Assembly: GCA_963811305.1 (NCBI GenBank)
Contig: CAWEQU010000003.1
Span: 130,688-194,687 of the forward strand
Length of the DNA stretch: 64,000 bases
Direction of reading: 5' to 3'
Source of the DNA: an uncultured Chloroflexia bacterium
GTDB taxonomy: Bacteria; Chloroflexota; Chloroflexia; QHBQ01; JADMIH01
This document shows, piece by piece, positions 29,989-40,031 of this stretch. The translations under genes were made by a program, and so were the position numbers. Under the pieces are notes generated by a model, which was not told the origin of the DNA, did not search any database, and worked only from the letters and a program-made list of their open reading frames with translations. The stretch's first letter is position 1. Each line of letters begins with the position of its first letter.

Positions 29989-30686
29989 AAAAGTTTGGCT
30001 GGGTACGCCGAGCCTTTCAACCAGGTAGCCTTGCCGGCTGGTTGTTATTTTCACGCGTGGGTGCTATAATGTATACTTGTGATGTGGCCCCTACGCAGGT
30101 GGGAATGAGCGAAGCGGGGTGGGGCAAGTTAGATAATTACGTCATTCTGTATAAACACCGACAGGTAAGGGGCACTGTTCGCTACGACGCTACGAGCACA
30201 CAAGAATAGACGGTCACAGGGACCGCGCAGATAGGCAGGCTCGTAGGCCCCCTGTTTATGAAACTCGAAACTCCGACATGTGCCGCCCCGACACGGGCAG
30301 GCACATTATCTTCTAGAGCGCACGTCAGCGAGTGCGCCCCTATATCCCCTACAGGCGAGAAGGAACCTGGTACGCGCTTGCCCGGCGCGCTGTCACTCTT
30401 GACGGCGTGCGGAGATTACCTGTCTACCATGCTTTACTTCAGACATTCCCGACACCTGACTTTCCCAATATCCCGTTTCCTTGCCGCACGATCAGTCTAT
30501 GCTGCCCTCTTTAGAGAGAGCACAGCATCTTCTCGATGCTTCCTTGTGGGAACCGGATTTGCACTCACGCTGTGTATGGTGAATATGGCACATATAGCAA
30601 CAGCCTGACGTATATTATAGTGGCACGCCCATTGCCAGGAAACATGGTGAGCGCGCCTGATACTTACTAGAGGAGTTATAAAAGCA

Positions 30687-31172
30687 TTGGCTCCACTCAA
30701 GATAGGTCGAACGAACGGTGAGACCACAACCAAGCGCATACTGGTGCCCGTGAAGGGCGATTTGATAGATGACGAAGCGATGCGCCTGGCGTATACTTAC
30801 GCGCAGGCCAAGATGGGTAAGGGGCGCAATGTGGAGGTAGATGTGGTCTACGTGGTAGCCGTACCCCATGCCCTGCCGCTGAATGCTGAGCTGCCCAACG
30901 AGCTGGAGAAGGGGGAAAAAGCGCTCGACCATGCGGAGAGCGTAGCCCGCGACATGGGTTTGCACGTCGAGTCGTCATTGCTACAGGCCCGCAGCCCTGG
31001 GGCGGCTATCGTGGACATGTCCCGCGAAAGCGGCTGCGAACTGATCGTTATGGCAACCGATTATGAGCGCAAGCTGGGCGAGCTTGACCTGGGCCGAACC
31101 ATACCCTACGTGCTAAAGAACGCACCTTGCCGCGTATGGGTGTGCCGCGCGCCTATGGAAGAAGCGACGTGA
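30687..31172 (+). CDS. Universal stress protein (UspA family); putative TTG start
   Basis: KRILVPVKGDLIDDEAMRLAYTYAQA…ELIVMAT…VLKNAPCRVWV matches the UspA fold pattern. Confidence 0.65.
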   Translation: MAPLKIGRTNGETTTKRILVPVKGDLIDDEAMRLAYTYAQAKMGKGRNVEVDVVYVVAVPHALPLNAELPNELEKGEKALDHAESVARDMGLHVESSLLQARSPGAAIVDMSRESGCELIVMATDYERKLGELDLGRTIPYVLKNAPCRVWVCRAPMEEAT

Positions 31173-31236
31173 TGTGGACGATAGACGATAGACGATAGAC
31201 GACTAGATTTTACCGCAGAGACGCAGAGTTCGCAGA
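31173..31236. repeat. (GACGATA)n array plus inverted partial copy of the composite element (CCGCAGAGACGCAGAGTTCGCAGAG)
   Basis: Reverse complement of the ctctgcgaactctgcgtctctgcgg core seen at 7420-7450 and 57705-57730. Confidence 0.75.
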
Positions 31237-31297
31237 GATTTATTGAGGATTCACGCATCACGTTTCACGTCACGTATGACGAATGGAGGAAGGGGAG

Positions 31298-31963
31298 ATG
31301 AAGATAGTTATCCTGGGTAGCGGGCGCGTGGGAGCGCGGTTGGCTCAGCTGATGGAGGCTGATGGTCACGATGTCAATATTATTGACGGCGACAAGGCCT
31401 CTTTCGACCGGCTGCCCGACAGCTTCAAGGGGAGGACGATACTGGGCACAGGCATAGACGTAGACGTGCTCAAGTCCGCCGGTATCGAGAACGCCGATGC
31501 TTTTGCCGCCGTTACGAACTTCGACAATACCAATATCATGGCGTGCCAGGTTGCTAAGGAGATATTTGGCGTCAGGAAGGTGCTGGCGCGCATTTACGAT
31601 CCTGGGCGCGAGCAGCTTTATCATGAGCTTGGGCTGGAGACGATCTGCCCCACTACCCTCATATCTACCACCTCCCGCGACATATTGCTGGCGGCAGATG
31701 GGGTGGAGATATTACAGATGCCGCCACACATAGGGGGTCCCAAGCTGAATGTAACTCCCATCATGTCCTCCGCTACTACCCCGCTATCGAGCGATGAGCA
31801 TGAAGGGCACAGGCCCATGTCTCAACCTGCTCGAACGCAGGCTGATAGCGATAACCGCCCTGGACAGCAAGCATCGCAGGGTCTCCAGCCCAATGGTGGA
31901 GATGAGCAAGGGGAGCGCTCGCCCAATAATGGGCGTGGGTTGAGGGGGATATTCAAGCATTAG
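31298..31963 (+). CDS. TrkA-N (NAD-binding) domain protein with low-complexity C-terminal extension
   Basis: MKIVILGSGRVGARLAQLMEADGHDVNIIDGD is the Rossmann GxGxxG motif. RBS ggaggaagggg. Confidence 0.65.
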   Translation: MKIVILGSGRVGARLAQLMEADGHDVNIIDGDKASFDRLPDSFKGRTILGTGIDVDVLKSAGIENADAFAAVTNFDNTNIMACQVAKEIFGVRKVLARIYDPGREQLYHELGLETICPTTLISTTSRDILLAADGVEILQMPPHIGGPKLNVTPIMSSATTPLSSDEHEGHRPMSQPARTQADSDNRPGQQASQGLQPNGGDEQGERSPNNGRGLRGIFKH

Positions 31964-32048
31964 GAATTAGGAATCAGGAGTCAGGAATGAGTAGATGGAC
32001 TCGGCCACTAATTGCTACTAACTCCTGGCTCCTGATTTCTGATTCCTG
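31962..32048. repeat. Inverted GAATCAG/CTGATTC word arrays forming a hairpin
   Basis: ggaattaggaatcaggagtcaggaatgag…actcctggctcctgatttctgattcctgg. Confidence 0.85.
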
Positions 32049-32077
32049 GAAGCACTTCATAGAGAGGTACTGAAAGT

Positions 32078-32743
32078 ATGTACATAATCATCGTAGGTGG
32101 CGGCAAGGTGGGGTATTACCTTGCCAAGACCCTGGTGAATGAGGGGTATGAGCTGCTGCTCATCGAGAAGAACCCCAAGAAGGTGGCGACATACTACGAG
32201 CGGTTCGGCGCGGTGGTGATGGAGGGGGATGGGGCCGAGATGGATACCTTGCAGGAAGCGGGTATGGGGCGCGCCGACGTGGTGGTAGCCGTGACGGGAG
32301 AGGACGAGGACAACCTGGTGATATGCCAGACCGCGAAGAAGCTCTTCCACGTGCCTCGCGCTATCGCTCGCGTCAACAACCCCAAGAATGAAGAGTTGTT
32401 CAGACGGCTAGGTATAGACGTTACGGTTTCGGCTACCAACATCCTCCTGAGCATTATCGAGCAGGAGATACCTCAGCGCGGGCTGGTCCACCTTATTGCT
32501 TTGAAGCACGGGCAGCTTTCGCTGGTGGAGGCGACGGTCGAGGCTGGAGCGCCCGCCGCAGGTAAGTCGCTGGCCGAGATTAGCTTCCCTCCCAACGTGG
32601 TCATATCCGCGGTGTTACGCGACGGTAGCGTGTTGATCCCAAGGGGCGACACCACGCTGGTGCCCAAGGATGAAGTGATAGCACTCTCTCCACGTGAGAG
32701 TGAGGGAACGTTGCGCGATATACTTATCGGGGCAGCTCCTTGA
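32078..32743 (+). CDS. trkA: K+ transport regulator TrkA/KtrA (TrkA-N plus TrkA-C domains)
   Basis: MYIIIVGGGKVGYYLAKTL…VVAVTGEDEDNLVICQ… and the C-terminal RCK_C region. Confidence 0.65.
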   Translation: MYIIIVGGGKVGYYLAKTLVNEGYELLLIEKNPKKVATYYERFGAVVMEGDGAEMDTLQEAGMGRADVVVAVTGEDEDNLVICQTAKKLFHVPRAIARVNNPKNEELFRRLGIDVTVSATNILLSIIEQEIPQRGLVHLIALKHGQLSLVEATVEAGAPAAGKSLAEISFPPNVVISAVLRDGSVLIPRGDTTLVPKDEVIALSPRESEGTLRDILIGAAP

Positions 32744-32774
32744 TGGGACGACAGACGATGGACGATAGACGAGG

Positions 32775-32812
32775 AATCAAAATGAGCGCCGCAGGCGCTC
32801 ATTTTGATTCCT
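32775..32812 (+). terminator. Strong hairpin terminator after trkA
   Basis: aatcaaaatgagcgccgcaggcgctcattttgattc. Confidence 0.6.
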
Positions 32813-33900
32813 ATAGGACTTACGCAAGAACCATCTTGATGGCAGGATATTTGAGTTGAGCAACAAGATAGTCATGAAGCAAGGCATGCTTAAGTTGATA
32901 AACCGTCTGTGCGGTCTGGTAAGCCAGGCTCTTGAGCCTGCTCCACACCAGCAACGAGCAAGCTATGTGATTGCGCTGAATACGAGCTTTGCGACACTGG
33001 CAATCCTCAAGGCCCGTCAGTTGCTTGGCTTCTCGATGAAACTCCTCAATCTTCCAGCGCAAGGCACTCACTTGTTGAGCGCCTTGTGTCGAGGATTGAG
33101 ACAAGTCGTTGGTCACGACCCATTCCGTGCGGTGGGTACGAGAGTAGGACACCTCAACCCGGAACAGCTTCACCTTGAACTCCCCTGGGAACCCTCTGAC
33201 CTTGACCAGCTTGCCTCCTACCAATTCAGCCTCGCTCCAATCCAACTTCTCGATACGACGGTAAGGCTGCTCCCCTCCACTGTCGTCCGCCAGACGGTTG
33301 GACTTGAGCGGGCAATAGAAGAGCTTGCCCATTCCGGCGATCTGCATCATCACCTCTTTGGCAGCATACCAGGCGTCCATCAAGACCATTTGGAAGGGGA
33401 GCCTACGCTGTCCTGCCATCTGAAGCATCTCCCTAACATGGTCCAGTTTGCTCTTGCCATCGGTGTCAGGGTCAAAGATGCGGTAGTCAATCACCCAGAA
33501 CTGCTCCGTCCGAGGATTGACATACACACACGACACCAATCCTATGCCTCGGATCACGCTCTTTTGGTTGCCACTCCACTGACGACGTACCATCTCGATA
33601 CGAGGGCCAAAGCTGTGGTCAAGCACGGTGTCATCGAAGATCAGGTAAGCTCCATCGTCGAATTCCAGCATCGGCTGTACTTGCTCCCACAACAGACGAG
33701 GCGAAAGCTTCTCGCCACGCAGGTACCGATTGATGGTATCATGGCTGAAGCTTTGCAGGTGGTCAGCCATGTGCGTCAGCGTGTAATTGATCTGGCTGCT
33801 CAACAGAAATTGGCAGTAGTCGAGTTTGCTAAAGGCTCTTTCGCTCATGCCTCTAGTTTACCATCCGATCTCCCTTCTGTTGCTGCTGCGTAAGTCCTAT
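32813..33900 (-). mobile_element. IS element (IS4/IS701-like) with 14-bp perfect terminal inverted repeats ATAGGACTTACGCA; possible 3-bp TSD CCT
   Basis: TIRs at 32813-32826 and 33887-33900. Contains the 342-aa DDE-type transposase ORF. Confidence 0.65.
32820..33848 (-). CDS. DDE transposase (IS4/IS701-like)
   Basis: MSERAFSKLDYCQFLLSSQINYTLTHMADHL N-terminus and DDE-region pattern. Bounded by TIRs. Confidence 0.6.
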   Translation of the reverse strand: MSERAFSKLDYCQFLLSSQINYTLTHMADHLQSFSHDTINRYLRGEKLSPRLLWEQVQPMLEFDDGAYLIFDDTVLDHSFGPRIEMVRRQWSGNQKSVIRGIGLVSCVYVNPRTEQFWVIDYRIFDPDTDGKSKLDHVREMLQMAGQRRLPFQMVLMDAWYAAKEVMMQIAGMGKLFYCPLKSNRLADDSGGEQPYRRIEKLDWSEAELVGGKLVKVRGFPGEFKVKLFRVEVSYSRTHRTEWVVTNDLSQSSTQGAQQVSALRWKIEEFHREAKQLTGLEDCQCRKARIQRNHIACSLLVWSRLKSLAYQTAQTVYQLKHALLHDYLVAQLKYPAIKMVLA

Positions 33901-33915
33901 CCTAAAGAAAGGAGG

Positions 33916-35988
33916 TTACTGTTTGCCCCAGGAGATGGTGGCGGAATCTAGCATGAAGAAGTTAGCGCAGCGTATACAGCTGCTGATGCTCAGGTTGGTG
34001 ATGGTGAGGGTGTTGGAGCCTTTCTTGAGGGTTTTTGACGGGATAGGCCAGGTGTGAGTGTCCCAGTTGCCGGGGCCATTGGGGTTGTTTACGGTGTCAT
34101 TGGGGAAGGGATTTCGGGCCACTGAATATCTCGGTGTTGTTGATGGTTATCAGGATAGGGGTCTTGGCAACGTCCTCGGAGTCTACTGCAACCATAGTGA
34201 GAGTGGCGTCTCCTTTAGGGGCTTTGTCGAGGTCGAAGTGAGCGGTCATGGTGTGGTACTGCGTGCGCTGGCCGTAGACCCACTGGGCTGTGACGTTGTG
34301 GTAGAGGCCGTTGCCGTTGGTGTAGCCGCCTGTGAAGCTCGTGTCCTGTATGGTAATCGTACCTGGGGTCTCGGTTATAGGGTCGGGCGTGGGAGTGTCG
34401 TCTACAGGCGCAGGCTCGATGGTCGCCGTTGGTTCAGGCTCGATAATGAGTGTAGGCTCGACAGTAGGCTCAGGTGGGGGTTCAGGGGTCAGCGTTGGAG
34501 GCTCCGGCGTGGGTGGGGGTGGCACAGTGTTTCGGTGGGTGGGAGGGGTGTTTCAGTGGGAGGGGTGAGCGTCTCGGTTGGGGTTATGGCGAGCGTGACC
34601 GTCTCGGTAGGGGTTAGCACCAGTACGGCAGTGGGTGGGGCTGTGGTGGCCGTTGCGTCGAGGGGTACGGTGGTGGGCGGGGTGATAATGGCTTCCAGGG
34701 TGGCAGTGGGGGTCGCGGCTACAGGGCCGTTGTTGGGACCAAGTAACGTGCTCCCCAGCCATATGCCTGCTCCCCCCAGGCCAAGCAATAGTAGCGCGAT
34801 GGCCGCCATCGGCACCCAGCTTGAATCTCTACGGCCACCAGAGCTTGCTACAATTGGCGCTCTTGGCGGGGGAGGTGGTGGGGATGCCTGGTGCGTCCTG
34901 GAGGAGGTCCTTTGGGGTGGTGGCGTTACCGTTACCCTGGGGACAGGTATGCTGTGAGGGGGCTGTGCCCCCTGCTGAGGCCCTACTCCCCTGCCTCCAG
35001 GGCCTCCTGCTCGCGTGGAGGGCATAGGGATGGGCTGGCTCATCTCGGCGGAGGCGCGCTGCCCGGTCGGGGTCCACCGCCCGCCGTTGGGCAGGGAGGC
35101 CATAGCCCCCAGGGAGACGGCCTGCGTAGGCTGGTTGAAGGAGACGCTGAGGGTTTCTAGCTCCTGCGCCAGGGACTCGGTGTTGGGGTAGCGCCTCTGC
35201 GGGTCTTTGCTCAGGCAGCGCATTATCACGCTTTCAAGGGATGGGAAGACTTCGGGAGCCATTTCGTGGAGAGGTTGGGGCTGCTCCCACACCTGCTTGT
35301 AGGCGACTATCGCGGGGTTGTCGCCTGTGAATGGGGGCTGGCTCGACAGGCACTCGTACATGACGCAGCCGAGCGCGTATATGTCGGACGCGGGTCCTAC
35401 AGGCTCGCCCGTAGCCTGCTCAGGGGAGAGGTAGGCGGCAGTGCCGAAGGTCATGCCAGACTGGGTGAGGGAGGGGCCTGAGAGGGCTTTGACTACGCCG
35501 AAGTCGGTGAGGTGGGCGTTGCCACGCTCATCTATCATTATGTTCTGGGGCTTTACGTCGCGGTGGATCAGCCCCTTGGAGTGGGCGGCGGTGAGGGCGT
35601 AGCACGCCTGTATCGCTATGGTTATGGTCTCGGCGGTGGAGAGACGACCGCGCTTATGCAGGATGTCCTTGAGGTTCTTGCCCTCGATGAATTGCATGGC
35701 GAGGAACATCGCGCCGTCTTCGGCCTCGCCGAAGTCGTAGATGTCCACGATGTTTGGGTGGGAGAGGGCTGCCGCGGCCTTAGCCTCTACGACGAAGCGC
35801 CTGCGGGAGGCGGAGTCGTGTGTATACTGGGGGCGCAGTAGCTTGATGGCAACTACGCGGTCGAGGCGGATGTCCCTGGCGCGGAAGACTTCGGCGGCCC
35901 CGCCTTCGCCTACCTTTTCGATGAGCCGGTATCGCCCGGCGAGCGTACCTTCTCCCTCGAACATGGGTGTGGAACCGTCGGTTTGCAT
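33916..35988 (-). CDS. Hanks-type Ser/Thr protein kinase with TM segment, Pro/Thr-rich linker and extracellular beta-rich sensor domain; two apparent frameshifts in the 3' part (near 34520 and 34100)
   Basis: Kinase subdomains (VAIK, HRDVKPQN, DFG, SPE). The C-terminal ORFs 34097-34525 and 33916-34122 continue the extracellular region in other frames. G-runs at the junctions. Confidence 0.65.
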
Positions 35989-36136
35989 GAGAACTCCTTG
36001 CTAATATCCAGGTATGGGCATCCAGTTATAACGTGCTGAAAGCATGGGGCGTGATGCTATGGCTCATACCTGGCGTTGGTGACACGCTATTTAGAATAGC
36101 ACATCATGTGCCGAGGTGGACGGGGGACGATGGGTC

Positions 36137-36262
36137 GTGAAACGTGATGATGGACGAAAGACGAAAGACGAAAGACGGATTAAACGCCAAGACGCCAAGA
36201 TTACGAAGGACGCCAAGATTATTTATGGGTATTAGCCGCAGAGACGTAGAGGTCTTATGGTA
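36137..36262. repeat. Word arrays (GAAACGT, GGACGAAA, CGCCAAGA) plus partial inverted composite element (GCCGCAGAGACGTAGAG)
   Basis: Direct reading. ATTAAACGCCAAGACGC also occurs inverted at 17718-17735. Confidence 0.75.
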
Positions 36263-36900
36263 GGTGTTTTGATGGTAAGGTGGTGTAGTGGGTAGGGGTG
36301 CGGTGGCAGGGGCATGGCGACGCCATGCCCCTACGGGCGCGTTGGGTTGTCGGTTGTCGGTTGTGGGGTCAGGTGTCCCTGTGCCGCAACTGGTTCCTGG
36401 TGATTTATCTCTGTGCCTGGGGTGTATCGTTATTTGGTTAGATACACCGCCAGGGGAGAGCTATGGGCGTGGCGCTCCTACCAGGTACGGATTGACCTGC
36501 GCTGTGCCCGTTGTTCGAATGTTGAGTGCGGAGTGCGGAATGTTTGTGGGTGGCACTCTCTACTCTGCACTCTATATTCTAGGCTGAGACCTCCTTTTCG
36601 GGGGTGTCAAGGGAGAGTGTAATTCCCTCGACGACAGGGACACCAGCGGGACCCTTGGGGTTGGACCTCGACTGCGGTGGGCGAGGTCGGAAATGCATCT
36701 CTATTAACTTAATCCCCTTTCGAGGCTAAAATGGGACATGATTTTGGGGGTTTTTCCAAAATTGGTCTGAAATTGGTCGTTTGGGGGGTATTTTGGTGGA
36801 CTATGGACGATATACCATAGATGAAGAGGGCTGCTGTGTGGTTTTTGAAGGCGCTCTTAGTTCGGAGGAGGGTTAGATTGGGCGATATTGGGGGTGAGAA

Positions 36901-37749
36901 GTGAAGAGTATGTGCGCTATTGTTGTGACGGGCGCTTCGAGCGGGATTGGGGAGGCTTGCGCGTTGCGGATGGACGAGTTGGGGTTCAAGGTGTTCGCGG
37001 GGGTGCGCAAGGTTGAGGATGGAGAGGCGTTGAAGCGCAAGGGGTCTGAGCGGCTGGCGCCTGTGCTTCTTGATGTGACCGATGCGGACTCTATTGCCTC
37101 TTTCGCCAGGATCGTGGGGGAGGCGGTGGGTGAAGATGGGCTGGCGGGGCTGGTGAATAACGCTGGGATAGCGGTGGCGGGGCCGTTGGAGTTCCTGCCT
37201 GTGGGGGAGCTTCGCAGGCAGCTTGAGGTGAACGTGGTGGGGCAGGTCGCCGTGACGCAGGCGTTGCTGCCGATGTTGCGTAAGGGGCGCGGGCGGGTGG
37301 TGAATATTGGGTCGATCAGTGGAAGGGTATCTGTTCCTTTGCTGGGGCCTTATTGCGCTTCAAAGTTCGCGCTTGAGGCGGTTACGGCGGCGTTGCGCAT
37401 GGAGTTGCGACCCTGGGGAATAACAGTGTCCATCATAGAGCCTGCGGGGATTGCGACGCCGATATGGGAGAAGTCGCTGGCGCGGGGGGATAAGCTCCTG
37501 ATAGACCTCCCTCCTGAGGCGCAGGAGCGGTACGGAAAGATGATTGCTGCCCAACGCAAGCGCGCTATGAAGACAGGTAAGCATGGCATACCTGTTGAGG
37601 AGGTGGTCCGCCCTGTTGTACATGCGCTTACCAGCAAGCGGCCGAGGGCAAGATACCCGATAGGTAGGACCACGCGATTGGGGGAGATATTGCGGCTGCT
37701 CCCCGACAGGCTGCGAGAGCTTATTATCTTGCGGCAACTGTCCAGGTAA
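36901..37749 (+). CDS. SDR-family short-chain dehydrogenase/reductase
   Basis: TGASSGIGEA cofactor motif, NAGI, and catalytic YCASKFALEA (YxxxK). Confidence 0.8.
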   Translation: MKSMCAIVVTGASSGIGEACALRMDELGFKVFAGVRKVEDGEALKRKGSERLAPVLLDVTDADSIASFARIVGEAVGEDGLAGLVNNAGIAVAGPLEFLPVGELRRQLEVNVVGQVAVTQALLPMLRKGRGRVVNIGSISGRVSVPLLGPYCASKFALEAVTAALRMELRPWGITVSIIEPAGIATPIWEKSLARGDKLLIDLPPEAQERYGKMIAAQRKRAMKTGKHGIPVEEVVRPVVHALTSKRPRARYPIGRTTRLGEILRLLPDRLRELIILRQLSR

Positions 37750-37937
37750 GTATTACTTTCAACCTTCGTCTGCACTGGATTGCAGGGATAATCCGCACTG
37801 ATTTTTAAGTGTGAACGAATATATTCTGCTCGGAATGAGGGTTGCCTGTACGTGGTTGAGACAAATACACAGCCAACGAGCATTTCTACATGGTCTCAAA
37901 ACTCTGCGCAGAATATAAGAGGAGGGGTAACAACGAG

Positions 37938-38032
37938 TGTAATAAGAGTGTCATTCCGAACGCAGTGAGGAATCTCCGTGCTTGGATGTATGGATAGACC
38001 TTTATATTCCTCACTTCGTTCGGAATGACAGG
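37938..38032. repeat. Long hairpin element, GTCATTCCGAACGCAGTGAGGAATCT family (copy 2)
   Basis: tgtcattccgaacgcagtgaggaatctcc…tattcctcacttcgttcggaatgacagg. Confidence 0.85.
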
Positions 38033-38176
38033 AAAAAGGTGCTTCGTTATAGCAGACTACTCAGCCTCCGTCATAGTTGGTAAACAGGCACTAACAAATG
38101 AAACGGTGATTATAGCAACGATTTTCCGATGAGTAGGAAGCGCTAACCGCGTTTTTGAATGGCCTCCTGGTTGCCC

Positions 38177-39256
38177 CTATTCCGGATGAAGCGCGACAAG
38201 CGCGTCGGCGATGCGGTATATCTCCTGTGCCAAACGCTCGGCGGAGTCAAGTCGCTCTGCCCATGCCTCGGCTGATGTATACCCCAGAGCGGCATGCATT
38301 GCTTGTAGCTGTGCCGCGAACTCAGGTTTCTCGCCATCGGGAGCATCATTCTGCAGCACGAGATACAATTCGCCAGCGAGTGCCATGATCCAGAACATCG
38401 CTTCTCGATGATTCCCTTCGTCGATCATCTCCTGGGTCGCTTCGGCGAGATAGGGCCGCAGATGAGGGCGGATTGTGAAGCCATACGGCGTTGGCGTTTG
38501 ATAGACCTCAACTGACCGGTCGAAGGCGAGCACGCTCTGGTCAAGCATGGCCTGAACGTCCGCACGGCTCATGTGTGCGGACCCGAAGAGTGTGAGCGCT
38601 GCCTCATTCAGATCGGGCCGCCCTTGCGCTTCGAGTAACTCGCGCAACAGGGTCAGCGTGCGCCGCGTGGTCGGACGCTTGAGTTGAGCGACGGCAAGCA
38701 GTCCACTGAGCGCGCTGAGAAACTGCCACACGGAATCGATGCGCTCAGTAAAGGTAGACGCCTGGCGCATAGCGGTCAGGGCTTTCTCCGCCGATGCCTT
38801 TTCCTTCTCGCAGCGTGCCTCTATCCAGCGGCGCCGGCTATACTCCGCAGCGACAGCCTGTTGCAGGGGTGCGAGTATCCCGGTAGGGTCGGCCAGGATC
38901 TGCGTCGTAGCCATGTTGGGGCCATGGCTGGGGTTTGCCAGTATAGCTTCAGCGTCCTGGTGGGCTTCGAGGTCCAGCGAGATGACCTCCAGCATGAGAC
39001 CGCGGTAGAAAACCTCCACGGTGTCATCTTGTGCGCCCTTGGGCAGCACCACAACTACATCGACATCGCGGTAGAGTGGAAAGGGCGCATCCGGCGGCAA
39101 CGCGGTGATCCCGGCCCACAGATAAGCGCCAGCAAAATCTGGCAGGTGGCGTGCATGGAGGTCCACCCACTCTCGCACAATTTCTACGACTTCTATAACA
39201 GGCAGGACTGCGCTACTTCCCGCCAGACCTGCCTGTTTTGTTTCCTGCGCCGGCAT
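38177..39256 (-). CDS. Nucleotidyltransferase-fold protein with large helical C-terminal domain (function unknown)
   Basis: GAYLWAGITALPPDAPFPLYRDVDVVVVL fits the Pol-beta-like NTase G[SA]…DxD motif. Confidence 0.4.
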   Translation of the reverse strand: MPAQETKQAGLAGSSAVLPVIEVVEIVREWVDLHARHLPDFAGAYLWAGITALPPDAPFPLYRDVDVVVVLPKGAQDDTVEVFYRGLMLEVISLDLEAHQDAEAILANPSHGPNMATTQILADPTGILAPLQQAVAAEYSRRRWIEARCEKEKASAEKALTAMRQASTFTERIDSVWQFLSALSGLLAVAQLKRPTTRRTLTLLRELLEAQGRPDLNEAALTLFGSAHMSRADVQAMLDQSVLAFDRSVEVYQTPTPYGFTIRPHLRPYLAEATQEMIDEGNHREAMFWIMALAGELYLVLQNDAPDGEKPEFAAQLQAMHAALGYTSAEAWAERLDSAERLAQEIYRIADALVALHPE

Positions 39257-39293
39257 CGAAATGTCTCCAGTAATGTGGTCCTATTATAGCATG

Positions 39294-39367
39294 GTGGACG
39301 ATGGACGATGGACGATAGACGATGGACGATGGACGATGGACGGTGAAGTGAAACGTGAAACGTGAGG
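39294..39367. repeat. (GGACGAT)n plus (GAAACGT)n word array upstream of the NTase-like gene
   Basis: Direct reading. Confidence 0.9.
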
Positions 39368-39510
39368 GTAGAAGGTTATTGCCTTCTGTCGTCCTGAGTT
39401 CAGCGTCCCATTGCTTGCCAAACTCTGGTGCGTGCGCTATTATGCTCGTCATATCTGAGAAAGTACTTCACCCGTTGGGCAGGGGATGTTAGTGAGTATA
39501 AGGAGGTTAT

Positions 39511-39891
39511 ATGATGAACGCGGGTATACGCGAGTATGAAGTGAAGGCGCAGTCGACCGATACATTTGGGCGGGTGATGTGCAGCGCCCGCAACCACTAC
39601 TTTGTGGTGGACGGGCCGGTCCAGAATGGGTGCCCAGGCGAGGAGATTACGCCGAGCGAGCTTTTCCTGTCGGCGGTGGCAGCGTGCGGGGTCGAGCTGT
39701 TGCAGGTGATAGCCAGGCAACAGGAAGTGCCTCTTACGGGGTCGAGCGTGCGCGTCTACGGCATGATGGACCGCAACAACCCGGTGCGCCCTGACGTGGC
39801 GCTGTTCAATTCGGTCAGCCTTCAGTTCCGGCTCAGAGGGGTCACCCAGGAGGAGGGGGAGGGGCTGGTACAGGCGTTCAAGGGCCGCTGA
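39511..39891 (+). CDS. OsmC/Ohr-family protein
   Basis: ELFLSAVAACGVELLQVIARQ matches the OsmC Cys-containing core. Confidence 0.65.
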   Translation: MMNAGIREYEVKAQSTDTFGRVMCSARNHYFVVDGPVQNGCPGEEITPSELFLSAVAACGVELLQVIARQQEVPLTGSSVRVYGMMDRNNPVRPDVALFNSVSLQFRLRGVTQEEGEGLVQAFKGR

Positions 39892-40031
39892 CCGCTGTAC
39901 GGCACGGTCGCAGTTGCGACCCCCGACGTTCGCGTTGAAGTGCAGGTGGAGCTTTAGACTGGACGATAGACGATAGACGATAGACGATAGACGACGGAGG
40001 GCAGCAGGTTGGGGTAAGGTTTGGGTAGGTT

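Noticed and set aside
34058-34957. Plus-strand 299-aa Gly/Val-rich ORF
   Set aside because: Antisense of the Pro/Thr-rich linker of the Ser/Thr kinase gene. Low-complexity mirror translation.
36288-36587. ORF 36288-36587 (99 aa) and 36413-36622 in the long SDR-upstream gap
   Set aside because: No RBS, no recognisable motif, and they overlap word arrays and hairpins. More likely non-coding.
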